Shown in pieces: positions 17,947-26,299 of a stretch of DNA of 64,000 nucleotides (position 1 is its first letter; the number at the start of each line of letters is the position of its first letter). The DNA is from Minisyncoccota bacterium. GTDB taxonomy: Bacteria > Patescibacteriota > Microgenomatia > UBA1400 > UBA12028. The translations under genes and the position numbers were made by a program. Below the pieces are notes generated by a model, which was not told where the DNA came from, did not search any database, and worked only from the letters and a program-made list of their open reading frames with translations. The DNA lies in NCBI GenBank assembly GCA_016211945.1, contig JACRHV010000004.1, positions 130,649 through 194,648 of the forward strand, read 5' to 3'.

Positions 17947-20669
17947 ACAACTCCTACGCCAATATATGTTATTCCCGCTTTTTTCAACTCGTCGCGCTGT
18001 GCAACATATTGATTGCGCACATCAATAAAGACACCACGACCACCCATCGCTTCTCTAATACGAGAAACTTCCAGTGAAATAAGTTCTGGCCACTCGACTA
18101 AAATCATCACAACATCCGCACCAGCAATCGCTGTTTCCACTGTTTTTGCATACGTGATATTCCACTGAGGGAACCATTCTTTTGCTACCGGAATGGCCAT
18201 GGGATCGTATGCTGTAACTATTGCACCCGCATCAATGAGAAGTGGAATAATCTTTGTTGAAGGAGCCTCACGCATATCATCAGTATTTGGCTTGAATGAA
18301 AGACCTAAAATCGTTACTTTCTTTCCTTTCCACCCCCCAACAGCATCCTCATATCGCTTCATAAGATGTGAGATGCGATCTTCATTGAGCTCATTAATCT
18401 TCACCATTAAATTCCCATCTTGTTTGATCGCTTTTGCATACGCTGCAAGTTCCTTGACGTCTTTTGGAAAACAGTTGTGTTGAATAAGTCCTGAAGCGCC
18501 AACAACAGTGTGTGTGCTTGTTTCGAGACTATACACAAATGTATCTACTTTCTCGCACTTGACTTTAAGAATTTTTAGCAAAGCATATGAGCCATTGCGC
18601 TTGAATCCACGTTGCGCAATTTTACGTTGGTACCCTGCGAGTATTTTTTTGATATTATTATGACGTTTATTTCCAAATAAATCAGTAAGTTGTTCCATTT
18701 GGTTATATCCATTTATTCGTAAAATATATGCGAGATGTTTTGATTTATTCATCATCCTGCTACGAATCGATGGTACAAAACCAAGACTTTGTAATAAAAG
18801 TGCTGTTCCGTCTGCTAATGATTTACTTACCGTTGCATACTCAAACATCATATTCTTACCATGTTGCAATCTTGTAACAGCTCCATCTCCACTAAACATT
18901 CCTCGAAGCAATTCGAAACGCAACTCAGATGACACGTTAAATGCTATGCTTGGTAACGTTTTATCCACGGAACAGGTGCCCATCTTTAAAATATCTCTAA
19001 ACAACCAAGAAAAAACTCGACTTGATACGATGGTTGATATTGCATGAGTGCTATGTCTTTCAATATGCTTCATTCCTAAATTTTGAAGAATACGCTGAAC
19101 ATCGGCAATATATTCATGCTCTAATTCACTGAAGGAAAACTCTACCCTATCCCGTTGCGCGCCAACTCTTCCAATATCACGAGTTATACATCCTTCAGCC
19201 AAATAGTATCCACAAAGTCTCATAAAATCTTTATCAATCGGAATATGTGCATTAATCTTTGTTGCCGCACCTTTCGCCGTATACAGTTGTAAAGTGTTTA
19301 TAGGTAAATGTAACGCTCTACGTTGAGAGAGATAATAATATAATGACAATGACATTCGATTATTTTGTTTTATTTCATACGGATAGCGAAGCATACTCTT
19401 TGGAATATGTCGTGCATATAATGGATAGTATTTGGTAAAACTCAAGTCTGTTGATGAAACATATACTGCGCTCATTAATGATGTATTTTGCAAAAGATCA
19501 ATAAGATTCAAATCATTTGGTTTTTGAACGATTGGCAAGTCCATAAGTGCCATTACTTGGTCTCTTGTAGAAACGGCAAAAGCAGGAACTACTTTAAATG
19601 AATCACTTTCCCGAAGAATAACTGGATGATCAGATGTAACGCGCATTGTGCGCCCCATACTCGTACTGATCGTAACCATATCACCTATATACCGACGACG
19701 AGTTACGGCATAAACATCAGCAAGACTGGGACTTCCTGTATCAAGATTAAATGCAAGTACTTTTTGATTCTTAGGTTTCAAGACTTCTACCTCACCAAGA
19801 GATGATCGTTCTCCTTTTTGCTGAAAAATATTGTCTAATCGCTGCGTTCGAACATTTGGACTATTGAGGGTAAAAATTGTTTCATCTCCCTCAAAACAAC
19901 TTCCTCCGTATCCAAATCCCGGGTACCAATAATGCTTTCCGATACGCTTGTCAAATCCAATGCCTTCAATGACTTCAAGAATATTCGCTCCATTTACCTC
20001 GCACAAGTTTGCAATTTGATTGATAAAGGTTATGCGAGTTGCGAGATAGGCATTTGCCGAGTACTTGCACATTTGTGCACTCTCCGGTTTCATCACAACA
20101 ATTTCTGCCTGAAGTGGTTTGTGCAACTCTGACAATGTTTCAATAACCTTAGTTTCCGTTGCGCCAACAATAATACGATCTGGATGAAGTGTGTCTTGAA
20201 CTGCCGATCCTTCTTTCAAAAATTCCGGAAGTGAAGCCATTGAAAAACGAACTTGCGTTTTTGCTTTGATTCTTTCTGCAACTTTCGCGTTGGTTCCCGG
20301 AGGAACGGTACTTTTAATTGCAACAATTGCGCCATCTTTGAGGTAAGGTGCGAGACTTTCTGCGGCAGCAAAAACATATTTCAAATCAGCTTGTCCGTCT
20401 GAAGCTGAAGGCGTTCCAACCGCTATCATGATGACATCGGCTTGCGAAATTGCTTCTTGATATGAAGTTGTGAAATGAAGGTCTCCTTTTTCAACTCCAG
20501 TTTTCACTAATTCTTCTAGCCCTGGCTCGTAAAAGGGAATCTGCGCTTTCTTAAGTTTTTCTATTTTTTCTTCGATAACGTCAAGTCCATAGACCGTATT
20601 CCCAAAAGACGCAAAAACCGCAGAGGACACAACACCGACAAAGCCTGTTCCGATGACTGTAATAACCAT
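17943..20669 (-). CDS. ugd: UDP-glucose 6-dehydrogenase (nucleotide-sugar dehydrogenase) precursor containing a 475-aa intein
   Basis: N-extein residues 1-257 are a typical UGDH NAD-binding domain: 'MVITVIGTGFVG...' ending in 'GFGYGGS'. The C-extein starts 'CFPKDVKELAAYA...', the UGDH catalytic-Cys motif. The exteins sum to 433 aa, a normal UGDH length. Confidence 0.85.
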   Translation of the reverse strand: MVITVIGTGFVGVVSSAVFASFGNTVYGLDVIEEKIEKLKKAQIPFYEPGLEELVKTGVEKGDLHFTTSYQEAISQADVIMIAVGTPSASDGQADLKYVFAAAESLAPYLKDGAIVAIKSTVPPGTNAKVAERIKAKTQVRFSMASLPEFLKEGSAVQDTLHPDRIIVGATETKVIETLSELHKPLQAEIVVMKPESAQMCKYSANAYLATRITFINQIANLCEVNGANILEVIEGIGFDKRIGKHYWYPGFGYGGSCFEGDETIFTLNSPNVRTQRLDNIFQQKGERSSLGEVEVLKPKNQKVLAFNLDTGSPSLADVYAVTRRRYIGDMVTISTSMGRTMRVTSDHPVILRESDSFKVVPAFAVSTRDQVMALMDLPIVQKPNDLNLIDLLQNTSLMSAVYVSSTDLSFTKYYPLYARHIPKSMLRYPYEIKQNNRMSLSLYYYLSQRRALHLPINTLQLYTAKGAATKINAHIPIDKDFMRLCGYYLAEGCITRDIGRVGAQRDRVEFSFSELEHEYIADVQRILQNLGMKHIERHSTHAISTIVSSRVFSWLFRDILKMGTCSVDKTLPSIAFNVSSELRFELLRGMFSGDGAVTRLQHGKNMMFEYATVSKSLADGTALLLQSLGFVPSIRSRMMNKSKHLAYILRINGYNQMEQLTDLFGNKRHNNIKKILAGYQRKIAQRGFKRNGSYALLKILKVKCEKVDTFVYSLETSTHTVVGASGLIQHNCFPKDVKELAAYAKAIKQDGNLMVKINELNEDRISHLMKRYEDAVGGWKGKKVTILGLSFKPNTDDMREAPSTKIIPLLIDAGAIVTAYDPMAIPVAKEWFPQWNITYAKTVETAIAGADVVMILVEWPELISLEVSRIREAMGGRGVFIDVRNQYVAQRDELKKAGITYIGVGVV
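18474..19898 (-). mobile_element. Intein with LAGLIDADG homing-endonuclease domain, inserted at the Ugd catalytic cysteine
   Basis: Starts 'CFEGDETIF' (block A Cys1). Block B 'RVTSDHPV' (TxxH). LAGLIDADG motifs 'LCGYYLAEGC' (nt 19188-19217) and 'LLRGMFSGDGAV' (nt 18876-18911). Blocks F/G '...VYSLETSTHTVVGASGLIQHN' end in His-Asn, followed by the extein +1 Cys (nt 18471-18473). Confidence 0.8.
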
Positions 20670-20720
20670 AGTCCCATGATATCAGAGGAGGAGGAAAAGG
20701 TAAAAGGTATAATATGAGGT

Positions 20721-21383
20721 ATGCAGATTGATATTCTCACAACATTACCCTCAATGTTTACTGGGCCGTTAACAGAAAGCATGATGAAGCGAGCGCAAGA
20801 TAAAAAACTCGCTGAGATCCGTATTCACGACCTTCGTCAATGGACACAAGATAAGCATCGATCAACTGACGACCATCCGTACGGAGGTGGACCAGGGATG
20901 GTGATGATGATCGAGCCAATAGATAAAGCACTTCAATCTTTCAAAGCAAAAAAAGGGACAAAGCAAGAACTCATCATTCTTACCTCTGCAAAAGGGAACG
21001 TGTACACTCAACAAACTGCACAAACATGGAGTACCTCGATCAAACGTCTCGTGATCATCTGTGGACATTATGAAGGTGTTGATGAGCGCGTTGCACAGTA
21101 TTTGGTTGACCAAGAGGTACGGATTGGCAACTATGTCCTTACTGGGGGCGAGCTTCCGGCAATGGTCATGATCGACAGCATTGTTCGATTAATTCCAGGT
21201 GTACTTGGCGATCACGAAAGTGTAAAAAATGAATCGCATACTATTCTTGGATATTTAGAATATCCGCAGTACACTCGGCCAGAAAATTACAACGGATGGG
21301 AAGTTCCACAAGTGTTATTGGGTGGAAATCATAAGGCTATTGAGGATTGGAGAAAGAATCCTACGTTAAATAAGTCCTTTTAA
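20721..21383 (+). CDS. trmD: tRNA (guanine37-N1)-methyltransferase
   Basis: 'MQIDILTTLPSMFTGPL...DDHPYGGGPGMVMMIEP...' is the canonical TrmD SPOUT signature. 220 aa. Confidence 0.9.
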   Translation: MQIDILTTLPSMFTGPLTESMMKRAQDKKLAEIRIHDLRQWTQDKHRSTDDHPYGGGPGMVMMIEPIDKALQSFKAKKGTKQELIILTSAKGNVYTQQTAQTWSTSIKRLVIICGHYEGVDERVAQYLVDQEVRIGNYVLTGGELPAMVMIDSIVRLIPGVLGDHESVKNESHTILGYLEYPQYTRPENYNGWEVPQVLLGGNHKAIEDWRKNPTLNKSF

Positions 21384-22163
21384 TTTGTTCCATTGCTGTA
21401 GTGCCATAGCTGCTACAACTTCTGACGAAATTGGTTTTTCCCCATCGTCAGTGTGTATTAACCGCGGTTTAATATGTACATCAAAAAATCTCTCGTATAT
21501 GCTGTCTGTTCTCTGAGCATATAAATCATGGCGCCGGGATAAAGTTTGTGCGCGAGTAATATCAATTTTCCCAGGATTCCTGGGCTCCATTAATGAGTCT
21601 ATTGTTTTTTCTACATCTGTATCTTGATGTTGTGGTAAAGCATATCCACTTATTTTTAATACTATTTTTTGACCATCTACGACCTTCTTGAGATATATGG
21701 AAATGTAACTATTTGTGTGAAAAAGTTCTTGATCCGCTTGCGCGTGACGCAGCTCGTGCTCAGACAGTGTTTCTCCGCGAATTTTATGTCCAGTGCTGAG
21801 CGTTCCAATCATGTTTGGATAGGAAGGATCGAGTGTCATTAAATCATAATCATCTATTTGTATTTTAGTATCACTGCTTTGATTTTTTCTCATTTCAAAT
21901 AGGATATGGAATAATTCTTTTTCAAAAATTGGAAGAAAGTGAGCATCCGCAGGAAAATAAAATACAAAACAATTTTCTGGATATCCAACGTTCTCTATCT
22001 GAACCTCTTCCTCGTATACTTTTTTCAATGTTTCTGCTATTTTTTTCCGTATAACTGGAACGACTTTACTCGGTTCGATATGTTCTCTAAATAGGCGTTT
22101 TCCCTCATGAAAATTAATTTCATCTTGTTTTAGTTTTAGTACAGATTCTTCTCTAAATATCAT
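21366..22163 (-). CDS. Hypothetical cytoplasmic protein, translationally coupled to rmlD
   Basis: 265-aa ORF. Its ATG overlaps the rmlD stop as ATGA. It is hydrophilic with no recognisable motif. The 3' end overlaps the convergent trmD 3' end by 18 nt. Confidence 0.5.
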   Translation of the reverse strand: MIFREESVLKLKQDEINFHEGKRLFREHIEPSKVVPVIRKKIAETLKKVYEEEVQIENVGYPENCFVFYFPADAHFLPIFEKELFHILFEMRKNQSSDTKIQIDDYDLMTLDPSYPNMIGTLSTGHKIRGETLSEHELRHAQADQELFHTNSYISIYLKKVVDGQKIVLKISGYALPQHQDTDVEKTIDSLMEPRNPGKIDITRAQTLSRRHDLYAQRTDSIYERFFDVHIKPRLIHTDDGEKPISSEVVAAMALQQWNKLKGLI

Positions 22164-23032
22164 TGTATTTGTGCAATCGCTTGTTCTAATGGTGTAAACG
22201 CAATATTCGCTGTTTCTTGTAATTTCTTCGAGTTCATTGCGGTGTTCCGCTGATATGGTCGTTGTGTTGTCTTCAAATATTCCGTAAGGCTTCCTTGCGT
22301 AATATCTCCACCTAAATGCAACGCGTCATTGATCATACAAGCATAGTCATAGTCACTCACTTTAATCCCGGAAGTTGCGTGGTAGATACCACTCGCATGA
22401 GTTTGGATCGCCCAATCTAAAACACCTGCAAAATCTTCAATGATTGTTGGAGAAAACCAATGATCAGTAAACTGCGGATAAAGTGTTCTATTTTTTATTC
22501 CTGTAATGAGTTTATGTGTTGTGTCTGCTTTTTTTTCATAGACATCACCTCGAAATGGCTGATCTATACGAAAAATAACCCAGTTGTCACACATATTTTG
22601 AACCGCTTCTTCTGCTAAGGCCTTTGTCTCACCATACCACTCCACGGGATGAACGGTATCTTCTTCCGTGTACATCCCATCTTTTTCACCATCAAACACG
22701 AATGCCGTGGAAACATGAATCATTTGCTTTCCAGTTTTTTGTGCAGCCTTTGCAATATTTTCAGTTCCAACCACATTGACTTTGTAACACACACCATCTT
22801 TATTTCCACGATCTTCCCATGCCTTGGTTGCATTGGTAAACGCCGCCATATGGATAACCGCTGGGGCGTCAGAAGACTCAAACGCACGAAGGACTTGGTC
22901 CTCATTCGTAATATCAACACTGGTTGTGAGATCAAGATTTTGAAATGTATATGTTTTTCCAAGGAGATCGACAACACGAGATCCCACCAAACCAGAAAGA
23001 CCTGTTCCTAAAATTGAGTTCATGTTATCCAT
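22160..23032 (-). CDS. rmlD: dTDP-4-dehydrorhamnose reductase
   Basis: 290 aa. 'ILGTGLSGLVGSRV' Rossmann fold, a 'YGETKALAE' YxxxK catalytic pair, and RmlD-like length and C-terminus. It overlaps rmlC by 8 nt. Confidence 0.8.
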   Translation of the reverse strand: MDNMNSILGTGLSGLVGSRVVDLLGKTYTFQNLDLTTSVDITNEDQVLRAFESSDAPAVIHMAAFTNATKAWEDRGNKDGVCYKVNVVGTENIAKAAQKTGKQMIHVSTAFVFDGEKDGMYTEEDTVHPVEWYGETKALAEEAVQNMCDNWVIFRIDQPFRGDVYEKKADTTHKLITGIKNRTLYPQFTDHWFSPTIIEDFAGVLDWAIQTHASGIYHATSGIKVSDYDYACMINDALHLGGDITQGSLTEYLKTTQRPYQRNTAMNSKKLQETANIAFTPLEQAIAQIQ

Positions 23033-23552
23033 TCACGGGCTGCCATACTTCTTTTAAGACACAGTCCCATGGAAACTTAAACTCATCTACCGGATCGTAG
23101 ACCTCGGATTGGAGATTCACCACAATGGTCTCCGGTTCTGTAAGCGCTTTCCATCCGTGCATGATGCCCGGAACAATACGGAGGTATCGCGGCTTTAAGC
23201 TTCCCAAAAACACTGTGTTTACGTGAAGAAATGTGGGAGAGTCCTCACGAATATCAATCATGGAAACCTGAAGTTTCCCTCTAGTCACGGTAAATTGATC
23301 GGTGTGCTTTTCGTGAAGGTGCCAACATTTAATAACACCATAGTCCGTTGCTGATTGATATACATGTGCCGGCTGCACAATTCCCTCATCCTTCCAGTTC
23401 ACACTCCATAATTCCGTGACGTCTCCGCGCCCGTCCAAATGCGTCACCAATTCTTTCAAGTACACGCCTTGAATTGTGACTTTATTTGCGGGTTGAACCT
23501 GCCAACCTGTCTGTTGTTTCAGCCATTCTGTTGTGACTTCATGCGGCATCAT
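23025..23552 (-). CDS. rmlC: dTDP-4-dehydrorhamnose 3,5-epimerase
   Basis: 175-aa cupin. '...GVYLKEL..H.DGRGDVTELW...' and 'KCWHLHEKHTDQFTVTRGKLQVSMIDIRE' are RmlC-like catalytic His/Lys/Tyr-context blocks. Confidence 0.85.
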   Translation of the reverse strand: MMPHEVTTEWLKQQTGWQVQPANKVTIQGVYLKELVTHLDGRGDVTELWSVNWKDEGIVQPAHVYQSATDYGVIKCWHLHEKHTDQFTVTRGKLQVSMIDIREDSPTFLHVNTVFLGSLKPRYLRIVPGIMHGWKALTEPETIVVNLQSEVYDPVDEFKFPWDCVLKEVWQPVNG

Positions 23553-23561
23553 AAAACCCCC

Positions 23562-24575
23562 TTACCTTTGCGTATATTGTTTCTCATAATATGTCGTGTA
23601 CGACCCAGACTTAATATTTTTCCACCATTCCTGGTGCGTGGTATACCATTCTACCGTTTTTTGGAGTCCTTGTTCCAGTATCACTGTGGGCTCCCATCCC
23701 AACTCTTTCTGGATTTTTGTCCAGTCGATAGCATATCGTACATCATGCCCTGGACGATCCTTCACAAGCTCGATGACATCTTCTCCTTTGCCCATCAGTG
23801 ACAGGATCATCTTCACAATCTCCATGTTCGTCACGTCCTTAGTAAGACCTCCAACACAGTACGTTTCTCCTACTTTCCCTTTTAAGAGCACAAGTTCAAT
23901 TGCCCTGCAATGATCCTCAACAAATAGCCAATCGCGTACCTGATTTCCCGGCGTATAGACTGGGACTTTCTTTTCCTCAAGAATATTTGTGATTGCCAAT
24001 CCAAAAAGTTTTTCCGGAAATTGGTATGGGCCATAGTTGTTTGAACAGTTCGTGATGGTAATCGGCAGACCATAGGTATCCGCATACGCACGCACAAGAT
24101 GATCCGAACCAGCTTTGGAGGCTGAGTACGGACTGTGTGGGCTATACGACGTAGATTCGTTAAATTTTTCTGATGATCCAAGATCTAAAGATCCAAATAC
24201 TTCATCTGTAGAAACATGATGGAATCGTTGCACACCAATTTTTTTGGCAGCATCAAGCAGTACTTGTGTTCCTAATACATTTGTTTTCACAAAAGCAGAT
24301 GGATCCATGATGGATCGATCAACATGTGACTCCGCAGCAAAGTGGACAACCATATCGCATGCTTTCATCGACTGTTCCACTAGTACCGCATCACAAATAT
24401 CACCTCTTACAAAAATGTGATGAGAGTTTCCTTCAAGCTCTTTTATATTTTCAAGATTTCCTGCGTACGTAAGGGCATCATAGTTCACGATAATGTCATC
24501 GGGATGGTGGCATAACCAATACAACACAAAGTTTGACCCGATAAATCCCGCTCCGCCGGTAACAAAAAGTTTCAT
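23562..24575 (-). CDS. rmlB: dTDP-glucose 4,6-dehydratase
   Basis: 337 aa. 'MKLFVTGGAGFIGSNFV', 'HFAAESHVDRS', 'STDEVFG', and 'YSASKAGSDHLVRAY' (YxxxK) are canonical RmlB. Confidence 0.9.
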   Translation of the reverse strand: MKLFVTGGAGFIGSNFVLYWLCHHPDDIIVNYDALTYAGNLENIKELEGNSHHIFVRGDICDAVLVEQSMKACDMVVHFAAESHVDRSIMDPSAFVKTNVLGTQVLLDAAKKIGVQRFHHVSTDEVFGSLDLGSSEKFNESTSYSPHSPYSASKAGSDHLVRAYADTYGLPITITNCSNNYGPYQFPEKLFGLAITNILEEKKVPVYTPGNQVRDWLFVEDHCRAIELVLLKGKVGETYCVGGLTKDVTNMEIVKMILSLMGKGEDVIELVKDRPGHDVRYAIDWTKIQKELGWEPTVILEQGLQKTVEWYTTHQEWWKNIKSGSYTTYYEKQYTQR

Positions 24576-24623
24576 ATGATCCCTTGCATACTACTAGGCT
24601 TTTGATGTTTTTTCAAACCTCTA

Positions 24624-25775
24624 CTACTCCTTTGCATAAAATCCCCGCACTTCCGATTGAACACCTTTCCAACTTGGATCTATTGGAAGATAGACCCATT
24701 GATTGCCATAGGTCGTACTCCCTTGTCTATTGAATGGATGATAAAGAACTCCTGGTTTTTCCTGTTCCCGTATGGATAATGCGTACTTTGTGAGCTTGAG
24801 TGGCTGGGGCAATGTTTTCGTCTGCATATTCGACCGAATGAGAGAATGGAGAACAGAAACGCCTTCCTCTAAGGGAATTGCTTGTTGAAACTCTCGCGCG
24901 TACACCGCATACAACTTACCAATGACTCGGGGATTCAATAGTGTCTTTCTGTTCATTACCGCTGTCATGACTGCTTGAATCACTTTTTGCTGACGTGCAA
25001 CGCGCGCATCATCTGTACCCTCCAAAAGATCATTGCTATGGCGTGATCGGATATATTTGAGGGCGCGGTCACCGCTCATATGCTCAACACCTTTTTTAAA
25101 CTGAATCGTTTCATAGAGGACTGCCGGATCACGTACCGTCGCGACATCTACACCAGATCGGGGGAAAAGTTCATCGGTAAAACCTCGATCAATCTCAACA
25201 TCAATGCCCCCAAGTGAATCAATAATCTCGGCAACTGTTGAGAGCTTCAACACAACAACGTGATGAATGGGGATACCCAAAAGCACTTGAAGTACTTCTT
25301 GTGGAAACTGTGTTGGATTGTCCGGATATCGGTCAAATCCATAGTGATACAACGCATTAATTTTTGTCTTGTATGCATCAATCCAAATGTCTCGAGGGAG
25401 TGAAAACTGCGTCAGTGTGTTTGTTTTGAGATTATACGAGAGCACCATCATGCTATCAGTTAAGATGGCGGTGTTGTTTTTCCCCTCTGACCTGTCTTTT
25501 ATGGCATCAACCCCCAGCACTAGCACTGTTTTTGTGTCATGTGTCGCAAGAGGTTCCATCTTCCAACCCTTTTGAACTGCGGAAACCCCCTCGCTCCATT
25601 GCGGGCCACCAGAGGATTGCAGTACGGCATACCAACGAAATGCTCTGTATCCTATGACACTAAAAACGACAAAAAAGAAAAACACTATTCCCGCCGCCAG
25701 ATATCCAATCGTTTTACCCATAGTCACCAGTATACCAAAAACCCCCTGTTTCCAGGGGGCTTCTATTGACAACAT
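24624..25775 (-). CDS. LytR-CpsA-Psr (LCP) family cell-wall glycopolymer ligase
   Basis: 383 aa. An N-terminal TM anchor then an LCP core: 'VLVLGVDAIKDRSEGKNNTAILTDSMMVLSYNLKTNTLTQFSLPRDIWIDAY...'. Confidence 0.8.
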   Translation of the reverse strand: MLSIEAPWKQGVFGILVTMGKTIGYLAAGIVFFFFVVFSVIGYRAFRWYAVLQSSGGPQWSEGVSAVQKGWKMEPLATHDTKTVLVLGVDAIKDRSEGKNNTAILTDSMMVLSYNLKTNTLTQFSLPRDIWIDAYKTKINALYHYGFDRYPDNPTQFPQEVLQVLLGIPIHHVVVLKLSTVAEIIDSLGGIDVEIDRGFTDELFPRSGVDVATVRDPAVLYETIQFKKGVEHMSGDRALKYIRSRHSNDLLEGTDDARVARQQKVIQAVMTAVMNRKTLLNPRVIGKLYAVYAREFQQAIPLEEGVSVLHSLIRSNMQTKTLPQPLKLTKYALSIREQEKPGVLYHPFNRQGSTTYGNQWVYLPIDPSWKGVQSEVRGFYAKE

Positions 25776-25786
25776 AACGACAACGA

Positions 25787-26152
25787 TTAGTTGTTGTATC
25801 CGCCTCTACGATCACGGTTGTTGAATCCGCCGCGACTTCCGCCGCCACCAAATCCACCACTGCGACCACCACTGAATCCACCGCGATCTTCGCGTGGCTT
25901 TGGAGGACGTGCTTTGGAAACGCTGAGTTTGCGTCCCTTGTGATCTGCCTCGTTCAACGCTGCAATTGCGGCGTCTGCTTGCTCTGCTGTTGCAAAGGTG
26001 ACAAATCCGAAGCCTTTTGAGCGCCCGGTAAACTTGTCCACAAGGACAATACAGTCGGTGACATCACCAAACTGCGCAAAGAGTGCTTTCAACTCTTCTG
26101 TTGTCACTGAGTAGTCAAGGCTACCCACAAACAATTTATTATTCTGATCCAT
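25787..26152 (-). CDS. Glycine-rich RNA-binding protein (single RRM plus RGG/GGF tail)
   Basis: 121 aa. RNP2 'KLFVGSL' and RNP1 'KGFGFVTF', with a C-terminal 'GGFSGGRSGGFGGGGSRGGFNNRDRRGG' tail. Confidence 0.85.
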   Translation of the reverse strand: MDQNNKLFVGSLDYSVTTEELKALFAQFGDVTDCIVLVDKFTGRSKGFGFVTFATAEQADAAIAALNEADHKGRKLSVSKARPPKPREDRGGFSGGRSGGFGGGGSRGGFNNRDRRGGYNN

Positions 26153-26299
26153 ACTGGATCTCCTTTATTGGCCTCACACTTTCATGAACTGTCACACTTG
26201 GGAAAAACCTGAGTGGAATAGAATGAAGGAGAAGCTCACTAACGTATAACTGGGCTGTAGTATACTATGGAAAATCGCGAATAGCAATCGGAACATCCT

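Noticed and set aside
1-20669. Interpreting the GT-C cluster as simple ArnT lipid-A aminoarabinose modification
   Set aside because: There are no arnA/B/C/D-like or lipid A biosynthesis genes nearby. There are eight distinct GT-C paralogues with a Wzx flippase and rhamnose/GlcA donor genes. This fits multi-step surface glycan or glycoprotein assembly better than a single lipid A decoration.
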